IMG/VR virus record: IMGVR_UViG_3300037993_000105
Location: 1 to 55,474 of that record
Origin: a virus
Lineage: Duplodnaviria > Caudoviricetes
Length of the DNA: 55,474 nucleotides
Direction: 5' to 3' (one strand)
Made by a program: the position numbers and the translations under genes. A model generated the notes under the pieces. That model was not told the DNA's origin. It was given only the letters and a program-made list of their open reading frames with translations, and made no database searches. Below, in pieces: positions 1 to 8,540 of this stretch. The number at the start of each line of letters is the position of its first letter. The first letter of the stretch is position 1.

Positions 1-189
1 TGGGCCGAATGAAATCTCGCACGGTTTCCCGGTTGTACGGGATATAATAGTCTGATGTTCCTTGGTGAAGTCGGGCTTGTCCTGCTCCACCTTACTGCCT
101 TGCTTGTCTTTCGATGCCTCAGGCGGCGTCGTGTAATCGTCCGCGCCCGCCTTATACGTTCTACCGCTGATTTTTACTTCGTCGCACAT
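1..189 (-). CDS. Hypothetical protein, runs off the left edge (MCDEVKISGR...)
   Basis: ATG at 189 directly after the stop of the 191..409 gene; open for 63 codons to position 1; would end at TAA 55427 if the window is circular. Confidence 0.55.
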   Translation of the reverse strand, partial: MCDEVKISGRTYKAGADDYTTPPEASKDKQGSKVEQDKPDFTKEHQTIISRTTGKPCEISFGP

Positions 190-190
190 A

Positions 191-409
191 CTAGTCCTTT
201 CCGAATAAATCCATCACCGTGTGTGATGTGCCGCCGGGAAACGTGCCGTGCTTGCTGAATGTCACTGGCGGGGCGGCTTTGCTCGCTGCGGCGGCTGCTT
301 GCTCGCCTACGTTCTCTGCTTCCTTGGTGTTGACGTTAGGCCGTTGGACCGCGACGTTTATCTTTTCTTCACTCTTACCGAGGGGGAAATTTCCCTGAGG
401 CTTTGGCAT
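191..409 (-). CDS. Hypothetical protein (MPKPQGNF...)
   Basis: AAGGAG SD before ATG at 409; co-oriented with the late arm. Confidence 0.65.
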   Translation of the reverse strand: MPKPQGNFPLGKSEEKINVAVQRPNVNTKEAENVGEQAAAAASKAAPPVTFSKHGTFPGGTSHTVMDLFGKD

Positions 410-493
410 AAAACTCCTTCGATGCCGTGTGTTTCCGCCTGACACGGCCTTGAAGCGGATGAACGGGACAATGGCCCGCCGCGGACGCTTGCG

Positions 494-1234
494 TTACTTC
501 TCTGAAGCGCCTCGGGCCATCGGTGCGCCCTCGGCTTCCAATTCCATCTGGAGAATAGCTAGTGCACGCCACACCATTTTTGCGGAGTGTCGCAGGCCGT
601 CTGTGTCTATCTTACCGCGTTCTGAAAAATGTCTTTGTAGGGTATCTTCGTGGTCTTGTGATTTACCACGCGACCAATGAAGTTTCTCGCCGGGATTGTG
701 CTGCTGGTTGCCCGCATAGGATACCTTTGCAATCTCAATCAGTGCCTGAGGGAAATAATCAAGAACCCCTGTGGCTATTGGAATCTTTTTGCGCTCCGCT
801 GCGTCTGTTGGCAACAGAAGATCGTTAACATTCTTTCGCAAATACAACGCGGCCTGTTGTACACCAGCAAGATCATCTCCAAACTTCCCAAGGCTGGTAT
901 TGCAAGAACTGCATAACCATCCTCTGAACCTGCCGGTTTTATGGTCATGATCTAGATGCAGAGAAGTTTTACCCGGCAACCTGCCGCAAAGTTCACAACT
1001 TTCAGGACAAGGGCGCGTGGGCTGTGGTAGTGACTTTCTTCCCAAGTTACGTGATCTTTCTCGTGCCGCCTCTGGGTCTTTTGCATACTTTGCACGGTTG
1101 ATTGCGTTTAGGCACGCTTGGCACATTGCGTTTGTTACAAACCTGTTCGCAATATGCCCTTTCGAGCAAGGTTTGCCTGTGAAATAATGCCGCAATCCTT
1201 GTTGTCTAGCTTCGGAGCGAGCAATAACGTTCAC
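494..1234 (-). CDS. Endonuclease VII-type homing endonuclease fused to a DUF5664-like (dATP/dGTP diphosphohydrolase-like) domain
   Basis: N-half YFTGKPC..GH, CELCG, LDHDHKTG.FRGWLCSSCN..LG (EndoVII motif); C-half ERKKIP..TG.LDYFP.AL.EIAKVS..G..H....W.RG...H...RH (DUF5664 pattern). Confidence 0.75.
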   Translation of the reverse strand: MNVIARSEARQQGLRHYFTGKPCSKGHIANRFVTNAMCQACLNAINRAKYAKDPEAARERSRNLGRKSLPQPTRPCPESCELCGRLPGKTSLHLDHDHKTGRFRGWLCSSCNTSLGKFGDDLAGVQQAALYLRKNVNDLLLPTDAAERKKIPIATGVLDYFPQALIEIAKVSYAGNQQHNPGEKLHWSRGKSQDHEDTLQRHFSERGKIDTDGLRHSAKMVWRALAILQMELEAEGAPMARGASEK

Positions 1235-1818
1235 TTCCCCTCCTCATTCAGAATAATTTTTGCGAACGTATCGAAGTCCTTGACTCGCGTCAGTCCGTTC
1301 GCATCTGCATCGAACGCGAGGTTGTGACTCGAATCCTTGAGGTAGACCTTACAGGCAGGCACAGCCTTTTGGATGTCAAGACAGTTCTTAGGACGGTCGT
1401 CAATGAAGTAGTCGTATTTCAGCGCCGCCGCCAGCGAGCCTTTCTCATAGCCCACAATGACCGTCGGATGCGGAATGCCGAAGTTGCGGTCAAGAAAGTT
1501 AGCTGACTGCTTTGCTGCTGTCAGGCCGACAGTGTCTACGCGGGCGGTCGGGTAATAGAGTGTGTGTCTCTTGTCGAGCGCACGCAGCATTTCACCTGTT
1601 GCACCATCCTCTAGTCTCAAACACTCCCAGAAATGCGGAGTTACCTTGATGTCGTCCCACACCTTCGCCTGTTCTTCTTTGGTCAATCCGAAGTTCGACC
1701 ATTCCCAGTCGACAGGCAATGTGCCAAGCGCGGGTTCCCCATAACGCACATGAGCGAGGTAGGTGTATGCGGTAATAAAATCCGCCAATACATCATCGAG
1801 GTCAATGCCTACAATCAT
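1231..1818 (-). CDS. HAD-family 5'(3')-deoxyribonucleotidase (NT5C-like)
   Basis: Motif I IDLDDVLADF, TAR, K, motif IV FIDDRP. Confidence 0.85.
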   Translation of the reverse strand: MIVGIDLDDVLADFITAYTYLAHVRYGEPALGTLPVDWEWSNFGLTKEEQAKVWDDIKVTPHFWECLRLEDGATGEMLRALDKRHTLYYPTARVDTVGLTAAKQSANFLDRNFGIPHPTVIVGYEKGSLAAALKYDYFIDDRPKNCLDIQKAVPACKVYLKDSSHNLAFDADANGLTRVKDFDTFAKIILNEEGK

Positions 1819-2060
1819 ACGCCCTCCGACACTTCGGCAGGAAGAATCTTCTCAATCCTGAAACCGAGAATCAGTGACGCATCTGTGAGCTGTTGAAGTA
1901 CGTCGAACTTGATAAGCATGTACGGGAACTCGTACGTCGTCTCCTTGGTCCCGTTCACCTTGTCAAGCGTAATTATGGTTAGACGGGCGGGGAACCCAGT
2001 TCCGAACGTGCCGTCTAACCGAATGATCAGTCTGCCTTCGCTATCGCGCTCTGCTGCCAT
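1815..2060 (-). CDS. Hypothetical protein
   Basis: AGGAGGAG SD; ATGA overlap with the downstream gene. Confidence 0.7.
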   Translation of the reverse strand: MAAERDSEGRLIIRLDGTFGTGFPARLTIITLDKVNGTKETTYEFPYMLIKFDVLQQLTDASLILGFRIEKILPAEVSEGV

Positions 2061-2078
2061 ACTCCTCCTAGAATTTGG

Positions 2079-3722
2079 CTATGCTCTCCACTTGGCCGCT
2101 CCGTCGACCAATTTCATGCTGACTATTGCCCGCTGTCCATTTGGGTAGAGAACCACATGACTCCAACCCCAACTTGAAGGTCCACAGGTGTAATCCCAGC
2201 CCTCTGTCAGTTTCGAAGAGGTGCCCGCGACATACAGTCCGTGGAAAATGCCCGCGGCGTGTGTGTGCGCGGTCGTTGCCTTCTTGCCAATCTTCGCGAG
2301 GTTCTGTGGAGACCCGAAAGAGCCATTAGGTCCGAGGTGCCCGTGAAGGCCGCACTCGACTTCCTTGATTTCAAACGACTCGTCCGGCAACAGGAACTTG
2401 ACAGCACCCGGTTTCAGGCCCGCCTCATTCTCCATTGCGAACTTCGTCAGATTGACGTTCTTCGCTAACTTGCCAGCGCGAAGTTCACTATACATGAATG
2501 ACTGCAGTCGCAGAAACAATTCAGTGTTGGCAGGGTCAGGGCGGTAGTCGTATTCCTGCAACCACGCCTTCAGCCAGCTGCGGTCATGATTTGCGTCAGG
2601 CACAACAGTGTGACACCACGGTCGCAAATACCGCTCAACCGTTTCCTTAGTCTTTGACAACTCTGCGGCGACACGGCTCAGGCCGCGAAGCCATGTCGTA
2701 AACTTCTCATGGATCGCCTTGTGCTTGCGTACGTGCCGGTTGATGCTCGCACCTTCCATTATATCGTGTAGAAACTGGTACGTCGGGTGCAATGTATCAA
2801 GCATGCCCAGCGAGGCTTCGACGACCTCAGGCTGTGCGTTTGTCGAGTGCAAGTCTCCCCATGTGATGGCGTCGACGTGTGCTTCTGTTGAAACTACCTC
2901 GCCGCCCTCAATGACGACGTTCAAATCTTGAATGTTGCGCCCGTTCTTGCGAGCGGCCACTTGACGCACCCACCAGTTGCCTTGACTATCGACCTCGACA
3001 AGCAAGAACGCATATCGGTGATGGTGCTCTGCCTTGATGCCCAGTTTCTTCTGAAGGTAGTTCATCTGGGTCGCGGTGCCTGTCGTGTAAATCATCTTGA
3101 CAGGAAGGTCAGGCGTCGTCGCAATCGACCGCATCTCAATCTTCGTGTGCGGGAATATAACGCTGTTCGAACCGCCGTAAGTCTCCAGACCTGAGATCGG
3201 ATTGTCTTCAGTCGGTAGGATGTTCATGTTGCCACACCACGAAAGTCCCGGTGCGAGTTCATAACGCCCATCGCTGATGTACGGGGCAATTGCTGGGTCG
3301 AACCACAAATCTTCTTGATAGTCTTTCTTGGTGCCGTTTTTGACGGCCAACTTGCCAAAGTTGTTCTGGTTGTACGAGAATGTTCCGACCATGATCTTGG
3401 CGTCGTAATGCTTCGCCATCGCCAACACGTTCTCCCAAAAAGGTTCATGGACATGCGTGTTGTTCTGTGCTGATGTCAAGATGTATCGTTTGATCACACC
3501 GGAAGTTGGAAGTGCTTCGCGCTTCTCCGCGGCGTGCTTCTTGCCGCCTGCTAGCGGCTTGCGGCCCATGCCGACTCGTGCGATGTTGCGCCGAACTGTG
3601 CTGCGACTGCATCCCACCTCGCGGGATACCGCCGAAATGTTTCCTGAGTTTTTATTGAAACTGGCAATAATCGTAGCTCGCAAACCAGCGTCTGCTGTGC
3701 TGGTCGGTTTCTTTACGCTCAT
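2079..3722 (-). CDS. Calcineurin-like metallophosphoesterase with N-terminal HTH
   Basis: GNISAVSREVGCSRSTVRR HTH; GDLH, HD, NHD, HGH, AHTH metal motifs; start moved to MSVKK (3722) after AAGAAGGGG. Confidence 0.8.
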   Translation of the reverse strand: MSVKKPTSTADAGLRATIIASFNKNSGNISAVSREVGCSRSTVRRNIARVGMGRKPLAGGKKHAAEKREALPTSGVIKRYILTSAQNNTHVHEPFWENVLAMAKHYDAKIMVGTFSYNQNNFGKLAVKNGTKKDYQEDLWFDPAIAPYISDGRYELAPGLSWCGNMNILPTEDNPISGLETYGGSNSVIFPHTKIEMRSIATTPDLPVKMIYTTGTATQMNYLQKKLGIKAEHHHRYAFLLVEVDSQGNWWVRQVAARKNGRNIQDLNVVIEGGEVVSTEAHVDAITWGDLHSTNAQPEVVEASLGMLDTLHPTYQFLHDIMEGASINRHVRKHKAIHEKFTTWLRGLSRVAAELSKTKETVERYLRPWCHTVVPDANHDRSWLKAWLQEYDYRPDPANTELFLRLQSFMYSELRAGKLAKNVNLTKFAMENEAGLKPGAVKFLLPDESFEIKEVECGLHGHLGPNGSFGSPQNLAKIGKKATTAHTHAAGIFHGLYVAGTSSKLTEGWDYTCGPSSWGWSHVVLYPNGQRAIVSMKLVDGAAKWRA

Positions 3723-3735
3723 TCGGAACCCCTTC

Positions 3736-4029
3736 TTAGAGCTTTCGTTTGCGGCGGTCAGCTGGTTGCGCCGTAGCAACCATTGCCGCTGGTTGTGTTC
3801 TTTTGGCAATCGTCTTCAAACTGTTGTCCATGCTGTGCAGCAGGCCGTCCTGTTTCCCCAGACTGGTGCACATCGCAGGAAAATGTTCTGATGCCATCTT
3901 GTCAACCTGAGTGACAGCTTTTGTTGCGACGGCTGTGATCTCCGTCACGAATTTCGATGCTCTCCACGCGAAATATATGATCGCGGGCCACCCGATGACC
4001 ATCAAATGCTGGTACGCGTACTCAAACAT
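3736..4029 (-). CDS. Single-TM membrane protein (holin/antiholin-like)
   Basis: Hydrophobic LMVIGWPAIIYFAW, basic C-terminus, next to lysis genes; GGAGAG before ATG 4029. Confidence 0.55.
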   Translation of the reverse strand: MFEYAYQHLMVIGWPAIIYFAWRASKFVTEITAVATKAVTQVDKMASEHFPAMCTSLGKQDGLLHSMDNSLKTIAKRTQPAAMVATAQPADRRKRKL

Positions 4030-4036
4030 CTCTCCG

Positions 4037-4258
4037 TTACTTGGTACCATCATTGTTGCCCCCGTTCTGACCTTGGTCGTTGCTTTGCGACTTCACCCAA
4101 CTGTGCCCGCCTAGAAAGCCGAGGACCGTCGTTGTAAAAGCCACGTAGCTGGCGTCAAGACCGTGGAGCCAATGAATCGCAGAACCTATCAAAAAGATCA
4201 AAATTCCGATGGGCAGATGCCCGTCTTTATTTACGACACTGATGATTTTTTCCCACAT
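4037..4258 (-). CDS. Putative holin (2 TM)
   Basis: 73 aa, two hydrophobic segments (IGILIFLIGSAIHW; YVAFTTTVLGFLGG), downstream of the hydrolase-like gene. Confidence 0.65.
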   Translation of the reverse strand: MWEKIISVVNKDGHLPIGILIFLIGSAIHWLHGLDASYVAFTTTVLGFLGGHSWVKSQSNDQGQNGGNNDGTK

Positions 4259-4293
4259 AATGCATCCTTCCAGCATCCCCCTCCCAAAAGACG

Positions 4294-4719
4294 CTATGCC
4301 CAAAAACTGAGTGAATTTAGGTCTGATACTCGTTTGTGTTGCTGTAGCCCATCGTTGCCGATGGCTCGTACTATTTTCTCCAAAAACCACGGACGCTCGA
4401 TCTTGCTGAGATCGCCCCAGTAAAGCCCGCCATGCGTCAGGTCAGTCGCGCTGCCGTCGTAAATGCCATCGACCGTTTGTAGCAGCTTCATGAACACCGG
4501 CTCCCAGATGGACGGAAACTTCAAGGGCGGCAACTCATTTTCAGCCATGAATGTAGGAACATTCTCAATGACTTGCAAAATACTTCCCCACCCGCACCTC
4601 AATCGATTCATCAGCGCGTGCATCACCATCTGACCGGCAAGGTGCCCGCCTGTGTACGACTGTCCGAACCGCCAACCCATCATAACCAACTGAGTCTTAC
4701 AAAAATCATCTTGCCTCAA
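4294..4719 (-). CDS. SleB/Hydrolase_2-like cell wall hydrolase homolog (candidate endolysin)
   Basis: G..AGQMVMHALMNR...GW..V and DLTHGGLYW resemble the SleB fold; probable TTG start after GGGGAGG. Confidence 0.55.
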   Translation of the reverse strand: MRQDDFCKTQLVMMGWRFGQSYTGGHLAGQMVMHALMNRLRCGWGSILQVIENVPTFMAENELPPLKFPSIWEPVFMKLLQTVDGIYDGSATDLTHGGLYWGDLSKIERPWFLEKIVRAIGNDGLQQHKRVSDLNSLSFWA

Positions 4720-4795
4720 CGTATGGCTACCCTCCCCCAACGTGCCGCAGCCGCTTGCTTTGCCCTTGCAATCTGCACGCTGTTCTCCCATCTTT

Positions 4796-4824
4796 ATAGT
4801 ACCAAACGGTGCAGGTTTTGTCAA
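4796..4824 (-). promoter_or_regulatory. Sigma70-type promoter
   Basis: TTGACA-17 nt-TACTAT on the minus strand, upstream of the lysis genes. Confidence 0.75.
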
Positions 4825-4829
4825 GCCTT

Positions 4830-5342
4830 TTATTGCTCCCGTGTAGGCATCTCATTCGGCACCATTTCACCGCTTGGTGAAAGCATGTGCCGCTCGACAT
4901 CAGGTGGCTGATTGAGGTCACCGGGAGTGTTCCCAGAGTTCATCTGGGGCTTGCCCACAGGGTTGCTGATGTTCATGTCTACGTACCCCGTAGAGCCCTC
5001 GCCCAGCTTCGGCGGCTGTGTCTTGTGCTCCGTATCGAGTTCGGGCTTGATACCACTTGTATTTGGTATAATCATGCCGCCCCAGTCGACGGGTGCACCG
5101 GCGGGCAGGGGCGCTTCCGTTTTGCCCTTCGCGCCCTTCGCCGGTTTTTGTTTTGCCTGCTTGTCCCTTTCGAGGTCTTCGTGGGACGGATAGAATTTTT
5201 GGAAGCGTGCAGGAAGTTCCGCTTCCTCTTCAGGGGAAAGGTCTTTGCCCGACCCCAGCGTATTGAGGGCCATGTAGTTTTCACGAGTGAGTGGCGTGCC
5301 GAGCATTTCCATCAGTGATTGAATTGGGTCCGGTTTCGGCAT
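4830..5342 (-). CDS. Hypothetical Pro-rich protein (MPKPDPIQ...)
   Basis: TAATG overlap with the 1060-aa gene; GGAGG SD. Confidence 0.7.
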   Translation of the reverse strand: MPKPDPIQSLMEMLGTPLTRENYMALNTLGSGKDLSPEEEAELPARFQKFYPSHEDLERDKQAKQKPAKGAKGKTEAPLPAGAPVDWGGMIIPNTSGIKPELDTEHKTQPPKLGEGSTGYVDMNISNPVGKPQMNSGNTPGDLNQPPDVERHMLSPSGEMVPNEMPTREQ

Positions 5343-8300
5343 TATTTGCCTCCAAAGTTGAAGCTCTCCGCACGGCTTTCGTCGGCGTCCCACTCTTCCT
5401 GCGACATCCACTCAGGCTTCTTGAAACCACCTACTGCATTGATGATCTCTTGCCGTGCCTGTTCAGCAGTCATTTTACCGTCACCGACCTGCCGCCAGAT
5501 GTCATTGAGGGCCTGTACATGCGCTTGGGGTTTTTCACCAAGCAACGACCGTATGCCTTCCCAAAGCACAGACTGTGCTTGGTTTGGTCGTACACCCTTT
5601 TCTTTGGCAACGTTTCTATACGCTTCTTCGTGAATCGGGTACGTACCCTTAATGCCCACAGGCGCGTTAGTAGGCGGCTGGGGCGTACCTTTTTTGCTGG
5701 TCCCGAAGTTGTGTGCAACCTCGACATCGTCGCCGCCGACCGCTTTGAGGTGCGCCGCCCGGACAGCATGCGTATCTATGGTCAAATGGCCGTCTTCAGA
5801 CCACGGATTGATGATGTTGTTGTAAAAGTTTCTAGTCTTATGTCCTCGCCCGATTGCCTCACCAATTGATGCAGGTGAACCGTCGCCTTCAAGAATCTGA
5901 AGTGCCTTTGTCATAGAACCAATAGCGCCCCAGTTGTGTTGCGTGCTCGCCCGCACTTCACCCTCGGGAGAGTATACAGGAGTCTGGTCGGCCCCCTCTG
6001 TCTCGTCAACAAGTCTGAGCCACAATGCTTTGCCCGCTTGCACCGCTGCCGCTGCTTTCTCAGGGTCACGCTTCATGAGACTATCGGTTGCCTTAATTTC
6101 ATCATAACGCTTACCCCGTACAAAGTCAAGGGCTTTTTTGAATTCGGCAGGTTGCGGTACGCCAGCTCTTTTCAGGTTACGTAGCTCTGTCAGTTTGTCG
6201 TCCATGGCGTCTGTCCACGCATGCCCTCGACTGTCCTGATACCGCTGAATGAATCGCTCAGCGTTGCCAAGGTTGTTGCTCCACTCGTTCTGAGGCGAAA
6301 AGACGGAAACGACACCTGCCACCTTCTCATGTGGCACACCTGTCTTGCGGGAGATTTCGCTCGTCAACCCGTGGGCCGCTTCATACCACTTTTGTGATGT
6401 CCGCTTGATCGAATCAGGTATTGCGTCCCACAGTGCACTGAGGTTTCCAGTATAATGTTTGATGGTGTCATCAATGACCTGAGGGGCGGTTTTGCCTTCG
6501 TGATTCAATCCTTCATTGGCGTACTTCGAAAGGGTGAGTCCCATCTTGTCCGTATAGCCGAGTTTGGTTTCACCGTTCTCACCAACTTTGCTAGGAGCGG
6601 CTTTGCCCGCTTCATCCATTGCTGTGCGGCCAAGCGTAGGAGCGGTCGCTCCTTCAGTGTACCGTGGAGAAATTTGCTTTGCTTGCAAACCTGCACGATA
6701 CTCAGGGGTTGTTGCTGAGGCTTTCTCGTACGGCGTCTGTGCTGATGTCGTAGCCTCGGGCTGTTTGGTCCACTTTGAAATCTGTTCCTGTGTCGGCAAC
6801 TTTCCTGCTTTGTCACCGCTCCAGTTGTCAGTCATCTCACCGTTTTCGATCTTGACGATGTGACTGTTCGATTTTGGATTCATCTTCAGATCGTGCATGT
6901 CGGCGTTGTTTGGCAGCGGTCTCCAGCCGTCTTGAGAGTCCATTTTGCGAGAGTCTACGTCGTAGTACTTTGCGCCCGCTTCTGCCGCGCGCCTTGATAC
7001 GTCTTCGAGTGACGTTTTGTTGCCGCCCGAAGCATTATTCGCAAGCATCGGCTCTTCACCCGTGCCGCCCGTCTGTACTAACTCATGTGTCTTTAGGTGG
7101 AAGATGGACTTTTGGTTGGCCGCTGCACCTGCTGCTTTTGCCTCGTCGTCGTCCTTTATCAACTTCGTGACATCAAGGATGTGGTTACCTTTTTCGTCCT
7201 TCCAAGAGCCTATCGCGTGGTCTGGTTGGGCGAGCAAGTCTGCGTTCTTATCCGCAAACTGCTGATAGCGATCTGGCGTTAAACTGCCGGGTGCTACATT
7301 CTCAGTGCGGTCGGGATGTACTCCGACAGACCAAGCGTCTGTGCCATCAAGATTCTTACTGCCGTCTGCGCTAAATGTTGCCCCGCCGTTCTTGAGGTGC
7401 TGTGCACGCATCTCGGCAAACGGGTGCGCTGCGGGCTCTTCGCCTTTGATCGGCACAAGACCGCGCATTGTTTTTTCTAAATCAGTCCCGGCCTTACCAT
7501 ACTCTATGTTGGCAGTCTTGCCGCTAGGCGTCTCGATGTACACCTTTCCCGAGCCCATTTGCGGAGCCATGCGGTTGAGATGTTCCAACTGTTCGGTGGT
7601 CACACCACTGTCCGGTATGGACATATTGAACGAGCGGTCACCATACACGCCGTAAGGACGCATGCGAATTCCGCCGCCATTGACAAACACCTCGCGAGGG
7701 GCAGGCACGTCCGTCGTCTTACCACCTAGCATTTCATCGTGTATTGCTCCGGGCGGCATTGCAACACCAGTGCCATCAGGTAGGATGGCTGCTGTATGCG
7801 CTGGGTCGCCATCCGACTCTCCATACTTTTCCAACAACTTCGGACCTACGACATCGGGATGGTACTTGTCTTCGGGCTTGCCTCCACCCAATCCCTTGCG
7901 ACCTTTTCCACTGCGGATGACGCCTTCCTCACCGCCTTCTTGAAACGGGCGATTCTTTATTGCACTCGACACAGCGTCAACAGTTGTCGCGCCAACTTCG
8001 TTCTTCAGTATCTGCGAGCGAGGCATGGTCGGGCCTTCTGCGCCCTCAACAGGTGCCGCACCTCTTGCAAACTTCCCGCCTCCCTCTATGAGTTTGCCAC
8101 CAACCGCCATTCCGCCCGATTGACCGATAGCCTCAGGAGCAACGTCCAGCATGTCACTCTGTTTTTGAATTCGACTTTCAGGTGTCCCTGCTGCATAGTC
8201 GTAGTAGTACTTCGCTGCGGTCTTGATTGGCTCGGTGAGCATGCTGTGGATGAGTGGAATGTGCCCGCCCTTGACATCCTCAATCGCGCCCTGAGCAATG

Positions 8301-8524
8301 CCTTGTCCGACAGACACAGGATTGAGCATCGACCCCGCAGCGCCAACTTCGCGAGTCAATGTGTGGTACATTGCTGCGATGCTGTTGACGTTTTCTAGCG
8401 GCAGCGATTTGGGCAGAGCAATGGTGTTGCCGTCAGGCATTGCGATGACATGGTGCGTGCTTTGGTCAATTGCCTGCGGCTGTGCGCCTTGGTCGGTTGG
8501 CTGAAGTCCGGATGACTCGCTCAT
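5342..8524 (-). CDS. Large multidomain (polyvalent-like) ejection/internal virion protein with C-terminal HhH-GPD-like domain
   Basis: 1060 aa, last gene of the ejection cluster; WY..A, SPQ..W..N, GRGHKT..FY.NI, TIDTHAVR, Q.VLW motifs. Confidence 0.65.
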   Translation of the reverse strand: MSESSGLQPTDQGAQPQAIDQSTHHVIAMPDGNTIALPKSLPLENVNSIAAMYHTLTREVGAAGSMLNPVSVGQGIAQGAIEDVKGGHIPLIHSMLTEPIKTAAKYYYDYAAGTPESRIQKQSDMLDVAPEAIGQSGGMAVGGKLIEGGGKFARGAAPVEGAEGPTMPRSQILKNEVGATTVDAVSSAIKNRPFQEGGEEGVIRSGKGRKGLGGGKPEDKYHPDVVGPKLLEKYGESDGDPAHTAAILPDGTGVAMPPGAIHDEMLGGKTTDVPAPREVFVNGGGIRMRPYGVYGDRSFNMSIPDSGVTTEQLEHLNRMAPQMGSGKVYIETPSGKTANIEYGKAGTDLEKTMRGLVPIKGEEPAAHPFAEMRAQHLKNGGATFSADGSKNLDGTDAWSVGVHPDRTENVAPGSLTPDRYQQFADKNADLLAQPDHAIGSWKDEKGNHILDVTKLIKDDDEAKAAGAAANQKSIFHLKTHELVQTGGTGEEPMLANNASGGNKTSLEDVSRRAAEAGAKYYDVDSRKMDSQDGWRPLPNNADMHDLKMNPKSNSHIVKIENGEMTDNWSGDKAGKLPTQEQISKWTKQPEATTSAQTPYEKASATTPEYRAGLQAKQISPRYTEGATAPTLGRTAMDEAGKAAPSKVGENGETKLGYTDKMGLTLSKYANEGLNHEGKTAPQVIDDTIKHYTGNLSALWDAIPDSIKRTSQKWYEAAHGLTSEISRKTGVPHEKVAGVVSVFSPQNEWSNNLGNAERFIQRYQDSRGHAWTDAMDDKLTELRNLKRAGVPQPAEFKKALDFVRGKRYDEIKATDSLMKRDPEKAAAAVQAGKALWLRLVDETEGADQTPVYSPEGEVRASTQHNWGAIGSMTKALQILEGDGSPASIGEAIGRGHKTRNFYNNIINPWSEDGHLTIDTHAVRAAHLKAVGGDDVEVAHNFGTSKKGTPQPPTNAPVGIKGTYPIHEEAYRNVAKEKGVRPNQAQSVLWEGIRSLLGEKPQAHVQALNDIWRQVGDGKMTAEQARQEIINAVGGFKKPEWMSQEEWDADESRAESFNFGGK

Positions 8525-8540
8525 TGTTTTAACCTTTCAA

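Noticed and set aside
494-1818. Z-genome (2-aminoadenine) pathway
   Set aside because: A DUF5664-like domain is present, but no purZ or HD-domain dATPase was recognised.
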